DNA of 64,000 bases from NCBI GenBank assembly GCA_020137815.1, contig CM035361.1, positions 4,030,001-4,094,000 on the forward strand, in the 5' to 3' direction. Both the position numbers and the translations under genes were made by a program. Every line of letters begins with the position of its first letter. The stretch's first letter is position 1. Source of the DNA: Hormiphora californensis. Its lineage: Eukaryota; Animalia; Ctenophora. The notes under the pieces were generated by a model. The model saw only the letters and a list, made by a program, of their open reading frames with translations, searched no databases and was not told the origin of the DNA. Positions 12,701 to 24,454 of this stretch are shown here, in pieces.

Positions 12701-15700
12701 CAGCACTTGGTCAGGAGGTTCAGATGGTCACAGAGACGAAATCGCTTCTTGACCCAAGAATTTCAATTGGCGATCTTGGGCAGGACTTGCTTGACAAGGA
12801 TACGTTAATCTCGGAGATAACTAGTGGAAAGAATGAGGAAATTAAGAAGCTGGTGGATCAGGGTGGAAAAGTGAAAGTGGTTCATATGAATCCCACTAGA
12901 AGGTTTGCAGTTCTCCAGGTAACTCCAGAAATAAGGAATGTAATCGCCCAGAAAGGGGACAAGGTATTCCTGAAGCTGAGACAATATTGGATCAGAGACA
13001 GGTATCATGTGGTACAGTGTTTTCACTGTCAGGAGTTTGGACATGCCAACGATAAAGAATCTGAATGGAGATAGAGATCTTCTGGCCAATTATCGCCCAG
13101 TCTCAAACATTGCATTTGTTTCCAAGGTCTTGGAAAAGGTGGTATTAATTCAAATGAATGACTACCTACAGAAAAATGATTTACTGAATGCCAATCAGTC
13201 GGGCTACCGAACTGGTCATAGCTGCGAAACTCTTCTGGCTGGAATGTTTGATGACTTGCTGAGAGAACTTGATTCTGGAAAAGTGGCGGCACTCATGCTC
13301 TTGGACATGAGCGCAGCTTTTGATACCGTTGATCACGAGAAGCTGATGGAGGTGCTGGAGGTGAGGTTTGGTGTGAAGGGAAGTGCTCTTGGATGGTTTA
13401 AGAGTTATCTGAGTTCCAGGAGTTACAGAGTAAATGTCAATGGTGAACTCTCGGAGGTCATCGCTCTCATTTGTGGAGTACCACAGGGATCTTTGTTGGG
13501 TCCTGTACTGTTCCTGTTGTACATTGAGGAGCTACAGGATATTGCTAGACCATATGGTCTGATGATAAAGCTGTATGCAGATGATTCCCAGTTATATGTT
13601 GGACTTGTCCCAACGGATAGTGAAGGGTGGAAAGGTACGAAGAATAGTATTGAGGAGTGCCTCACTTCTATTAAGAACTGGATGGTGCAACATTGGCTCA
13701 AATGTAATGAGAGTAAGACTGAGTTTGTTCTTCTTGGAAAATCAAGCTCTCTTGAGAAGATGGTATTCGATCCGGAAATCAGATTTGGGGATGCAGTGCT
13801 GCAGCCGATGGAATGCAAAGGAAGCACAGGGAAGACTCTAGGAATACTTTTGGATGAGCATCTTACCCTGGAGAGGCAGGTGAACAATGTTAAGAGACAA
13901 TGTGGACTGCAACTCAAGAACCTATGGCAACTCAATAAGTGTTTGGATAATGGCACACGGATTCTTCTTGTGAAGCAATTAGTCATATCAAAGATAGACT
14001 ACTGTAATATCCTGTACTTTGGACTTCCTAAACGGATTCTGAACAACCTTCAAAAGGTTCTGAACTCCTGCGTACGGTTCATCTATAACTTGCGAGGACA
14101 TCAGGATAGCTATGATGAGTATTTCAAGGAGGCTCATATCCTCCCAATACAGCAGAGACTGACCTTCAAGGCCTGCCTGTTAGCGTACAAAATTGTACGT
14201 GGAACTGCTCCGGAGTATTTACAAGAACTGGTCCCTAGAGATGAGGATATTCTGGATATGAGACCAACGAGAGCGAATTCAGTGATTGACTTCTATAAAC
14301 TGAAATATCCTAAACTCTCGAGCGTTAATGCAAACTCTAAACTGAGGAGGAGGAGGGTTTCGGTGTTTCTACCGACAGTTTGGAACTCCTTGCCTTTGGA
14401 CCTGAGATCTGTACACCCCATTGAGTTGTTCAAATCTAAGTTGAAGACCAGACTTTTTCTTGAAGCGTTCCCAGCAACTACTCCTGAGGACTCCCGGTGT
14501 GGCGTCTGAGTTGTTCACCGGACTCCCCATCTGTCAGTAGGCGGTCTTGGGCGTGCTCACCATTTTCACTTAGGGCTTTTTTATCAGTATTGTTGAGCTG
14601 CTGATAAGTGTGGGTTGTTGGCTTTGTCCCCTTTATTTAATAAAGTCTGTAATTTTTTCATCTTATCAGTTTTTTGAAAGTTATGTGACCAGTTATATTT
14701 TTAGTATATCTTCAATTAGGAGTGAGTTTTTTCCAAAGTGTGTAAGAATATAAGGATCTTTTTTGCGTTAGGTATACCGCTCTGAAGCTCGTCAGTGTCA
14801 GATACAGTTTGACTTGTCTGGCCCTGTCGTGTCTGTGGCGGTATACAAAACTTGATATTATTATATCTCCTTCGTTCCTATATCTATCACCCCCACCCCA
14901 ACATGTGAACCCTGTCAGGCAATGCCTCGACACATATAATTGCTCCAATCAGGTGGAGACTTTCTATCACAAAGAGAAGAAGACATTCCGTGTGACCATT
15001 GAAGATACACTGATAACCCTGGAGGATTTTAGGAAGGATGTAAGTTAAAAAATGGAAATAAGTTGTTTCAAAAAGTGTGTGTTCAATAAACAACCGATAT
15101 ATGAATTTGACGTTTGTTTTGCCCTAATAAATTCTCATCAATACCCACATTCCTCTCTATATCTCTATCTCTACAAATGCTTCTCTCTCCCCAGAAAGAG
15201 GAACTTCATCATGAACTGGCGAGGATGGGAGAATGTCTGAAAGATGCAAACGCAAAAAACAAAACGCAAAAAATTGAAATTGAAGAACACGAAAAACTGT
15301 TTACAAACAACCAGGTTTGAATAACATGTACAAAATTTTCTTGTTCAATTTCAGTTTTAGCTAATCCGGCAAATTACTTCAAACTATGTATTAGCTAAGG
15401 GGACAAATCGTCAATTTCTTTTCAGGAAAAGTTGAAGTTGGAACTTGAAACAAGACAATCAGAGAACGGGATGCTGCAAAGCCGCGTTGACACCGTTGAA
15501 GAAAACTGTCATTTCCTTGAAGGACAGGTATACTTGATCTGGTGTTCACTGAATTGGAACATCACGTGATCTGGTGTTTCCCCATATTTGGGCATCACCT
15601 AATTTGGACATCTATAGTACCCCATATCATTTTATTCCCAATATATTTTAGGTACTCCATATCATTTTATTCCCAATATATTTTAGGTACAAGCCTTGGA

Positions 15701-18700
15701 GAGGGAGAACGGGGAAAAGAATCAGATTATAACTGCTGCCGAGCAACATGCACTAGATCTTGATAGGCAGCTCGGTAAGGAACCATTCTTTTTCTGCGAG
15801 TGTCTGGTGCCATTGCGATTTGGTCGAACCATGATGCAGCTATCAATTTATAAAAGATGATGATCTCGTCTCCAAATACTAATTAATCTTCAATTTTAGA
15901 TCCAAAAAGCCTTTAGAAAAACAATTATATTTCCGTTTTATATAATTCTGTTATTGATAAGGAGGTTAGAAACTAGTGTGCAATTTCCCAATCACTTATA
16001 GGTGAGCTAAGACGGGAGAACGCCTCTCTTCAGACTGCGGAACACCAGGTAGAAGTACTAAAAAATCAAGTTGAGGAACTCAAGTCCCAGATGGAAGGGC
16101 TGAAAAATGAACGGGATTCTGCGAATTCAAACGTACGATATTATATCTTTATTCTAGGTTGAATCCACTTAATGACACAATAATACGCTATACATATACA
16201 TACATATTATCCAATCAACGTATTTAAGGCCAGAGGGGGGGGGTCCGAGGGTCAAAAAATGCACTTTTCTGAGGTTTACATATGTGATGTAACTCGGAGG
16301 TAGGAAAGTTTTGGATAGGGTAGCTGCGCCCTGTTTTTTGAGGTTAACTTTTCGCCTAAAATGAATGTTAACCTCAAAAAAGCGTGTATTTATGTCACCT
16401 ACACAGATGAAAATGGTACCAATCGATAGATCTTATCAAGGAGACCAAGTATTCAAAGTTTCAGAGGTCTAAGCCATATAGTTGTTCAGATATTTGAGGT
16501 TAACATATCTCCCAAAAAACAACCTTTTGTTGAATATTTTGTTGACATCCTGCCTCACTTCCTGAAGTAACGGCTAGGAACTGTGGGTTGCCGTTTGGCA
16601 CACTTGTTCTATAGACAATGCTCTTCAAATTTGGTGTAGCGATTTTTGATTAAGGCCCCCGTTCCTGAATTATTGGGGTTAACATTAGATTAACGAAATG
16701 TTAACCCCAATAATTCAGGAACGGGGGCCTTAATCAAAAATCGCTACATCAAATTTGAAGAGCATTGTCTATAGAACAAGTGTGCCAAACGGCAACCCAC
16801 AGTTCCTAGCCGTTACTTCAGGAAGTGAGGCAGGATGTCAAAAAAATAGACGAATTACAGGCAATTACGCGTTCAGACCCCTGTGTAATAAGATGTGAAC
16901 CTCAAATTTCTGTGGCCTGTATCTCATGAACAGGTGCTCGGATTTTGATCCGGTTTGTTTCATTAGATTCGGCTTTCCGGGTTCTTTCACATATGAAATT
17001 TTCTAAAAAGGCCATTTTGACCCCCTGACCCCCCCTCCTCTGGCCTTAACTATAGGCTATCTATTTGAAACATCTGTAACCTTCAGGTGGAGAAAGTTGA
17101 AGAGCAGAACGGTCAACTTCACCACCGGCTATCGGAACTCGTTAAATCCCACACTAAAAGTGAGGAATCCCTTCAGGACAGGGACAGGCAAAATTCACAG
17201 TTGAAAAGTGAATTAGATGCGATGAGATCATCCTCGAGGGACTTACAGGAAAAGGTGAAGATATGATTATAAACTTTTTATTAAAACCTTTGTTGAATCG
17301 GAACGGGCTGTAAAGATGGCCATTTGTTAAATTATCAAAGGTTGACAATAAGACAAGGAAAATAAGACAGGGATTTAAAAAGAATAAATTTGAACCAATA
17401 TTTTCTCACGCAGGCCACGGATGCAGAATCGAAAGCAGCTCAGCTTGATGCCAAGTACGCCCAGGAAAATGAAAAACTTAAATCTGCTTTGACGGAGGCT
17501 AAAGCGGAAATCGCGTTTATAGAAGAGGCATTTTTCAAAGGTGAGAATTTTAATAGTTGAACTGAGAGTGACTGTGTATAAATAAGGTTCAAATATTTCT
17601 CATATTTGAACCTTATTTTACAAAGTCATATATTATGAGGTTCAAATATGAGGTTCAAATATGACGTAAGGAGATTTTCTGGGACAGTTTTTCAAGACGA
17701 ACATATAGTCCAGGTTTATCACAAATGTCTTCCAATTTTCTTCCGTTTTCACATATGATCCCCCCCCCCTCCAGGCTGGATAGATTCCCCCGGTCCCGAT
17801 CAACAAGAGTCCCCTGCGGTAAAGTTTCAACAAGATGCGACATTAGGATCAGTATCACAGTTTCCTAAAGCTGAGAAAATAATCCAGTCTATCAAGCTTG
17901 ACAGGTATACTCATTGCTCCCTTTATAGCTTCACACGATACGGATAATAATCGACAACGTTTCTAAATAATTATTTCTTGACCTCCCGTATTGTTTGAAA
18001 AATCAAGCAATAATTTCCTTACAAAATTGTTAGTAACCATGGTTACCATTTCCAGGCAAAAGCTGAAAGCTAAGCTGGTGCGAAGTATGCAAGATACAAA
18101 AACGATACAGTCCCAGCTGCAGGAGAAAGAGGATACATTCCACAGTGAAAACTCTGGTAGGTTCTCGCTATTGGCAGCTGACAGAGCAGTTGCCTGAGTA
18201 TAACAGAGCATTGGCAGCTGACAGTGTTGGTCTGAAAGATCTTTGGTATGACAGTTCCATCGTTTTGTCAGTGTCAAATAGCCTAGTCGATTGAGAAACA
18301 ATCACACTAATTTCAGCGCTCGCCAAACGACTGCGGGAGGCCCTCGACAGGCTCGAGGAATCGGAGGTGAAGGGTCATGTTCTGGAGAGGACTGCAAAGA
18401 ACCTTTCTGTTCAGGTAAAAACATTGGGAGCCCCCCTTTTCTGCCTCTTCCAACTATACAACTACAGAGAAAACTAGTTCTAGACTGTTCTAACTGTTAC
18501 CTTATAGGGTTATCACCCTATATATAAATCACCCTATAAATAAATGCTAGGCGCTTCAAAGGTTCCTATTTCATAGACTCAATTGAGCTCAAGTTGTCTA
18601 ATTTATCAGTAAACTATTCTCCTCCGAAGCTTCTCCGTGCTGCTGCTAATATTATAGCCAGGAACCGACCGAATCAGGAAATACTGGTCCCTGATTGGCT

Positions 18701-18898
18701 CATAACCAGTCACGTGACCTAAATAACGAGTTCTGATTGGTTGTTTACTTGTTTCGGTCGGTTCCTGATTATAGCATACTTTCATTACAGGTTGAGGAAC
18801 TGGGTGTGGTTAGCAGAAGTTTGGAACTTGAAAACTACCACTTGAAGAAACTTAGTGAGACGCTGGGAGAGAAAACACCTACCATTAACATACATTGA
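6743..18898 (+). CDS. Uncharacterised coiled-coil protein, 19 exons, ~727 aa
   Basis: Phase-consistent GT-AG exons: 6743-6754, 6987-7026, 7232-7367, 7714-7808, 7982-8097, 8731-9061, 9228-9348, 9502-9574, 14953-15039, 15195-15314, 15426-15527, 15687-15774, 16002-16132, 17087-17254, 17414-17540, 17775-17904, 18056-18156, 18317-18414, 18791-18898 (2184 nt). E/K/L/Q heptad-rich (e.g. LLQDLEEENEVLRSELKSS). The first two exons and the last exon are the least certain. Confidence 0.85.
7362..7448 (+). repeat. 25-bp tandem repeat that includes a splice donor
   Basis: tattag|gtgagcaatggggctgaga, about 3.5 copies, starting at the exon end (7367). Confidence 0.85.
8092..8590 (+). repeat. 29-31-bp intronic minisatellite built on the exon/intron junction (~17 copies)
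   Basis: Unit ctccag|gttcgtac(ag)cttcttctaattatt. Confidence 0.95.
9619..9659 (+). other. Genomic copy of a ctenophore spliced leader (SL) at the 5' end of a LINE
   Basis: TTTCAAACTTTTCAACACTACTTTAAACAAATTAATTTGAG matches a Pleurobrachia spliced leader as I recall it (not searched). It is followed by TG rather than a GT donor, so it is not an SL RNA gene. Confidence 0.8.
9823..13074 (+). pseudogene. LINE ORF1 (gag-like, zinc knuckle), split by an insertion and 3'-truncated
   Basis: MNSMTMRINDVEITSKDEFDRAL (9823-9891) joins in frame to KALTYNR... (12151) once the TTAA element is removed. It ends at QCFHCQEFGH, a CCHC knuckle missing its last Cys. Confidence 0.85.
9894..12148. mobile_element. 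Non-autonomous piggyBac-type element with ~760-bp internal inverted arms
   Basis: TTAA TSD (9890-9893 / 12149-12152) and TIR CCCTTTGACGGCGA. Internal arms are ~10029-10792 and ~11039-11802, confirmed by identical mirror ORFs at 10559-10768 and 11063-11272. Confidence 0.92.
13043..14509 (+). CDS. LINE ORF2 reverse transcriptase plus C-terminal domain (L2-like); endonuclease missing
   Basis: Motifs NYRPVSN, QSGYRTGHSCET, LLDMSAAFDTVDH, GVPQGSLLGP, YADD, HILPIQQRLTFK and WNSLP. Confidence 0.95.
   Translation: MPTIKNLNGDRDLLANYRPVSNIAFVSKVLEKVVLIQMNDYLQKNDLLNANQSGYRTGHSCETLLAGMFDDLLRELDSGKVAALMLLDMSAAFDTVDHEKLMEVLEVRFGVKGSALGWFKSYLSSRSYRVNVNGELSEVIALICGVPQGSLLGPVLFLLYIEELQDIARPYGLMIKLYADDSQLYVGLVPTDSEGWKGTKNSIEECLTSIKNWMVQHWLKCNESKTEFVLLGKSSSLEKMVFDPEIRFGDAVLQPMECKGSTGKTLGILLDEHLTLERQVNNVKRQCGLQLKNLWQLNKCLDNGTRILLVKQLVISKIDYCNILYFGLPKRILNNLQKVLNSCVRFIYNLRGHQDSYDEYFKEAHILPIQQRLTFKACLLAYKIVRGTAPEYLQELVPRDEDILDMRPTRANSVIDFYKLKYPKLSSVNANSKLRRRRVSVFLPTVWNSLPLDLRSVHPIELFKSKLKTRLFLEAFPATTPEDSRCGV
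16228..17045. mobile_element. Kolobok-like MITE with an internal ~300-bp palindrome (16542-16841)
   Basis: TTAA|GGCCAGAGG ... CCTCTGGCC|TTAA; GG termini with a TTAA TSD. Confidence 0.8.
18659..18767. mobile_element. 109-bp hAT-type MITE
   Basis: TIR CAGGAACCGACCGAA; 8-bp TSD ATTATAGC. Confidence 0.92.
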
Positions 18899-19358
18899 TA
18901 TAATGGTCGCCATGGCAACCCCCTCACCCAACTTGGTCACCATGACAACTCAGTGAGACGCTGGGAGAGAAAACACCTACTATTAACATCCATTGATATA
19001 CTGGTCGCCATGGCAACCCCCCTCACCCAACCTGGTCACCATGACAACTTAGTGAGACGCTGGGAGAGGAAACACCTACTATTAACATACATTGATATAA
19101 TGGTCGCCATGGCAACCCCCCTCACCCAACCTGGTCACCATGACAACTCAGTGAGACGCTGGGAGAGAAAACACCTACTATTAACATCCATTGATATACT
19201 GGTCGCCATGGCAACCCCCCTCACCCAACCTGGTCACCATGACAACTTAGTGAGACGCTGGGAGAGAAAACACCTACCATCAACATCCATTGATATAATG
19301 GTCGCCATGGCAACCCCCCTCACCCAACCTGGTCACCATGACAACTTAGTGAGACGCT
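18851..19358 (+). repeat. 99-bp tandem array (5 full units) at the 3' end of the coiled-coil gene, with two X-box-like motifs per unit
   Basis: Units start at ~18851, 18949, 19048, 19147 and 19246. Each contains GTCGCCATGGCAAC and GTCACCATGACAAC. Confidence 0.95.
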
Positions 19359-19953
19359 AGTGAGAACTATAAAAACGTCGCGTAGATATAATGAATGGCT
19401 GACCACTCTCTACTCTCCTCGCTCCTCGCCGAGATCGTGGTCACCATGATAACTGAAATCGTGTCAGCACGATGGTCCTTACAGCACGATGAATCTGATG
19501 AACGCGGATAATCTGGCTTTGGCCACTTCCCAGATATGATCAGAGACATACGTTTAGTTTAAGTGTATTAGAAAACTGATAACTATTGAGTATTGACATT
19601 TATGGTATATCTTGACTGAGCTGGAGACATTAAAGAAATAAATTTTTAATTAACTTCTTTTTAAATTAATTTGTCGTTCGGTTCTGCTTACCAATTGCCA
19701 GTCATGTATCCATACATAATTATGCGTACATAAAATACATAAAAAAAATTCTAATTTTTCAATTTGTTCTACCTTTTTGATCAACCTCTAATCTCCATCT
19801 TTATTTCAATCTTTATTTCTTTCCCATTGCTCTCTCTTTTTCATTTTCATTGCTCTCTTCTTTTCTTTCTCATGACTGTTTCAACCGCGGATCTATATCG
19901 AGAGACATTGTTTGTATCGCGTCCTACACACGCAAAATGTACACACTGCAACA

Positions 19954-19956
<3 letters not shown>

Positions 19957-20000
<44 letters not shown>

Positions 20001-20033
20001 TAGAGAGAAAGATAGAGAGAGGGAGAGAGAGAG

Positions 20034-20105
<72 letters not shown>
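19957..20105. repeat. (GA)n microsatellite
   Basis: Direct reading. Confidence 0.98.
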
Positions 20106-23100
20106 GCGCACAACCCGGAAAAAGCCCATTATTATCATTGCTAGCATCACGTGTCTCTCCTACTCCCCTCCGATTGGCTCCATTCCGATCACGTGACACC
20201 CACACTGCGCTGTGATTGGTCAACACTTCACCACGTGACCACTCTGCCAGGTGGTTGCTATTTATAGAGTCTAGATGTGCGGTGTGGCTTAGTGTGCCTT
20301 GCCAAGCTCAGCTCGGACCTCGTGTAATGTAGTTTTCGGGGGATACGTTGTTAATTCTCTAGTGGAGGAGGAGGGTAGTCATTGACTAGCTGGTTTCAAG
20401 GAGGGTTTGGATCGATTTTATGGGGAATTCTAAGAGCTGGAGAATGGAGATGTGGTTGTTTAATAGTCTCTAGGTAAGTTAATCGTTATTCTTTAATAAG
20501 CTCAATATCTTATTTAAAATGACAAATACAGCCCAAAGTACACCGATTTTAGTACTTTTTTTGGTTAATTTGCGAATAAAAACATATCCATAGTACTTTT
20601 TCGTTGGTTTTGAATTCTTATCGGTATTTCTATTTTAGGTCGTGGTCGTCAATTTCGGGGATCGGATTCTAATTCCTAGCAACGCAAAAAGGGGGATCTT
20701 CATAACAACTGGCAAGCGCACTCATTGTATAATACTTCAGGATCAACCCATACATCAGTATTCATATCGTTCTTAATTAATTAATTAGTTAATTAGTTGA
20801 TTCTTAACGCATTTTAGTTTTGTGTTCCATTTTATCCTTTGTAAATATAGACCGGATATTAACCAGTGTAAATACAGTCACATCCTCTAAATCTTGGCAA
20901 ACATTTCCATATTTGGCTTTTTGCCCATATTTGGCATTACATTATTTTACACGTGTGTTCCAGAACGTGTGTCAGGAATTTGTTCTGTATTTTTACTCCG
21001 GGGAGGACGAACAGGAATGTTGTGAGACGGGGTTTTGAATTATGCAGTACTCACAGAAATGTTAGATGAACTCTAGTGGTCCTGATTGGAAAAAATTGGT
21101 GAAAATTCGAACTGATACACTTTCAGCTCGTTTTTTATCAGTTTAGACTATATATTGATCAGGGTGCACGTGCTTCTAACATGATTATATGTGTACTTTA
21201 CAGAGGACTAGTAATTGTGTATGAAACTTATTGGCCCCCACTCTGCTGTGCTTATTCCTAGCTGTGGAACATCTGCAGGGGAGATATGAAGAATATTAGA
21301 TGCGACAGAAATCGGAGGAGTTGATAATCTGGTATCTATTATTCTCTCCCGCTGGTGTCTTCCTAGCTGGGGTAGAGGTACAGGGGTGGGTCTGCCACCG
21401 CGTATTAAATGGGAATCTTGAGCGATAATCGTAACCATATACCACACATTAAACCTTGCACGTGCAAAATGCTCCTTCATAAATATAACTATTGAGTTGT
21501 ACACAAAATATCAGTGTACTAAAATGGATATCATCATGATCAATTCTGATAACCTGCAGAGCGTGTGTGGTATATGTGCGATTAAAAACTCACAATTATA
21601 TCTATGAGACAATTAAGAGCAGAGAATATTATTATAAGAACATATTATTAGAGGGACACGGAACTGCGAGATTTTACATTACTAGCGTAAAACACGTGTA
21701 AGCTGTGTGATATTATATGTTAATTAAACTTAATTAGTTTAATTGATTAACAATTCATGGGAATGGAAACTATATTTGTGCGTTATACTATTCTAATATT
21801 GAGTTATGAGTGATGTACTTTTCACGATTAGATATTCAAACGCACATTAATTACTACAACGGATGATTATGGACAACGGACAATTAACCTTATATATATA
21901 TACATATATAACATATATATCAAGTACTGTACTATATATGTCACTATATACTTATTGGGGTTGGACCCTTATCTCACGCAACGTACACCTGTTGTACACC
22001 CTGTTTATGTGTTCCTGGGGCGAATTTATAGCAACAGAATACACACACGTTCTAGAGCACAGTGTATACACATGTTATACATATACATGATATACATGAT
22101 ATACATTATACATGATATACATATTATACATTGTGTACAATATACATGATACATAGTCATACTGCATAGATCACCTGATTTGTACTTTTATTTGTCTAGT
22201 TGAGTGATTAAGAGTTTACATCTGATGAATATACTCGCAGAATTCTTCATACTATTTTGGACGTTTTTGGCCATAAATCTGCTATAATATCTCCGCCATA
22301 CAATATGTATGCCACCCTATATTTCCAGGAATTGTTTGCCAGAAAAGTGATAGAGGGGAACGTTGGTTTTGTCTTTTAGTGAATTTTAATTTGCCATTAT
22401 TGTACTGTTTCGAGTCTTTTAAAATTTTCTGACATTCCTTCAAAAGATATACTTTTTTTGCACAATTAAATAAATAAGCACCCTCACTTTTGCATAAAAA
22501 ATAATTTAATACCACTCATCAAAACCTACAGAAAAAATGTTCCAGTTCAAAAATTCAACTACATACATATATGTCTATAGACCGGGTAGTATGACATACT
22601 GCCTTAACGGAACGTTTGAGGACACATTACGGACACATTGAGGACACAATAAACCCCAGCTGAGTGTCCTAGGAATTTTCACATCCTTAAATCATTCCAT
22701 AGATTGTCTTAATTGATTAACAGTCGTATGGAAACCAAGTCTGCTCATCCCAGAGGACCCCACGACCAGTAAGACAATCACTGAAAATTAGATGTTAATT
22801 AATTATGTAGTTATAGGGAGGGAACTAGAAAAATATATGACGAGGGCCGGGCTCGAACCAACAACCTCTGCATTACATGTTGGTGGCGCCGTCACCTCTC
22901 TATCCGCTTTGCGGGCTTCGTTTTTGTGCGCTACGCGTGTGAGTTGTAAGGGTGACTGCGTCACCAACATTACATGTACCTATTGCGATACCTCGCGAGT
23001 CTCGTCGAGACTTAATTGGATAAATAATTGACACGATACTAAGGTACCAACTTACAAAAAGAACTCGGGTATGTTTGCCAAAAGTTAGTTAAGATACCCC

Positions 23101-23231
23101 AACGTGACAAAAGTACCCGTACTTTTTTTAAGTTGCTCAGTTATATAACTTCATATGCATGACTCACGTTGAGGTGTAACCTCCCTCATCACAGAAGACA
23201 TCGTGCCTCATGCAGCCCTTGTGAGAGCAAC

Positions 23232-24062
23232 AGTCGTTACACACCCATTTCCAACAAGTGGCGCACAACTGAAGGAAGAGAGGACTGGTTGGGGCGGGGT
23301 GGTATGGGTTAGGGCAGGGTGGTATGGGGGGGGTGGGTGTCGTTACACACCCACTTCCAACAAGTGGCGCACAACTGAAGGAAGAGAGGACTGGTTGGGG
23401 CGGGGTGGTATGGGTTAGGGCAGGGTGGTATGGGAGGGGCTGGGGTGGATGTCGTTACACACCCACTTCCAGCAAGTGGCACACAACTGAAGGAGGAGAG
23501 GACTTTATGGTTGGGGCGGGGTGGTATGGGTTGGGGCAGGGTGGTATATGGGGGGGGGGTGGTATATGGGGGGGGGGGGGGGGGGGTGGTATGGGAGGGG
23601 CTGGGGTGGATGTCGTTACACACCCACTTCCAGCAAGTGGCACACAACTGAAGGAGGAGAGGACTTTATGGTTGGGGCGGGGTGGTATGGGGGGGGGGGG
23701 GGGGGTGGTGGTGGGGGTCGTTACACACCCACTTCCAACAAGTGGCGCACAACTGAAGGAAGAGAGGACTGGTTGGGGCGGGGTGGTATACCACCCCAGC
23801 CCCTCCCATACCACCCTGCCCCTCCCATACCACCCTGCCCTAACCCATATATGGGTTAGGGCAGGGTGGTATGGGAGGGGCTGGGGTGGGTGTCGTTACA
23901 CACCCACTTCCAGCAAGTGGCACACAACTGAAGGAGGAGAGGACTTAATGGTTGGGGCGGGGTGGTTTGGGTTGGGGCGGGGTGGTATGGGAGGGGGGGG
24001 GTGGGGGTCGTTACACACCTATTTCCAACAAGTGGCACACAACTGAAGGAGGTGGGGTGGGA
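23232..24062 (+). repeat. G-rich compound tandem repeat (~100-160-bp units) with a short internal inversion at ~23790-23850
   Basis: Repeated gtcgttacacacccacttccaacaagtggcgcacaactgaagga followed by G-run tracts. Confidence 0.92.
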
Positions 24063-24454
24063 GAGGGTCAGGAATACTGGATATACCGGAGGATTTGGGA
24101 ATTTCAGAGACATTGGATTGAAAATGAGTTATTCTCAATCACCAATGTACCTCAAAGGAGAAACCAAATTTAATAATTTTCCTCAAGGCATATCCTGGAT
24201 GGTGTGATGTGAGGAATTAATTTCAATGAGTCCTAAAGAAATCTTAGCCCATAGCTTCAAAAATATTGCGGGTAGTTCTGTTTCTCACTGTAAATGCGTT
24301 AAAGTTGAAAAAACAGCTCTGTTTAATCAAATAACAGCCGCACACACAACAACAGCTCTGTGTTTGTACGTCAGTACTTGCAGAGTTGTTCACACTTTTT
24401 GGACGTTTTTGGCCATATCTCCGCTACATCTCCGCCATTTCCGATGTTGTAGTT

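Larger units (their letters stand above)
9619..14864 (+). mobile_element. L2/CR1-group non-LTR retrotransposon, 5'-complete but internally deleted and interrupted by a piggyBac MITE
   Basis: 5' UTR, ORF1, RT ORF, then a 3' UTR ending in a gtataccgc...gcggtatac stem-loop and a tattattat tail. It lies in sense orientation in intron 8 of the coiled-coil gene, next to a (TA)n run. Confidence 0.9.

Noticed and set aside
20330-20470. CR1 3' remnant (LAGFKEGLDRF-like)
   Set aside because: Too short and degenerate to support.
21208-21504. 98-aa minus-strand ORF
   Set aside because: No recognisable motif and no phase-consistent neighbouring exons.
22838-22900. tRNA gene on the minus strand (also ~31182-31210)
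   Set aside because: Only a B-box / T-arm half is present, with no cloverleaf; at most a SINE remnant.
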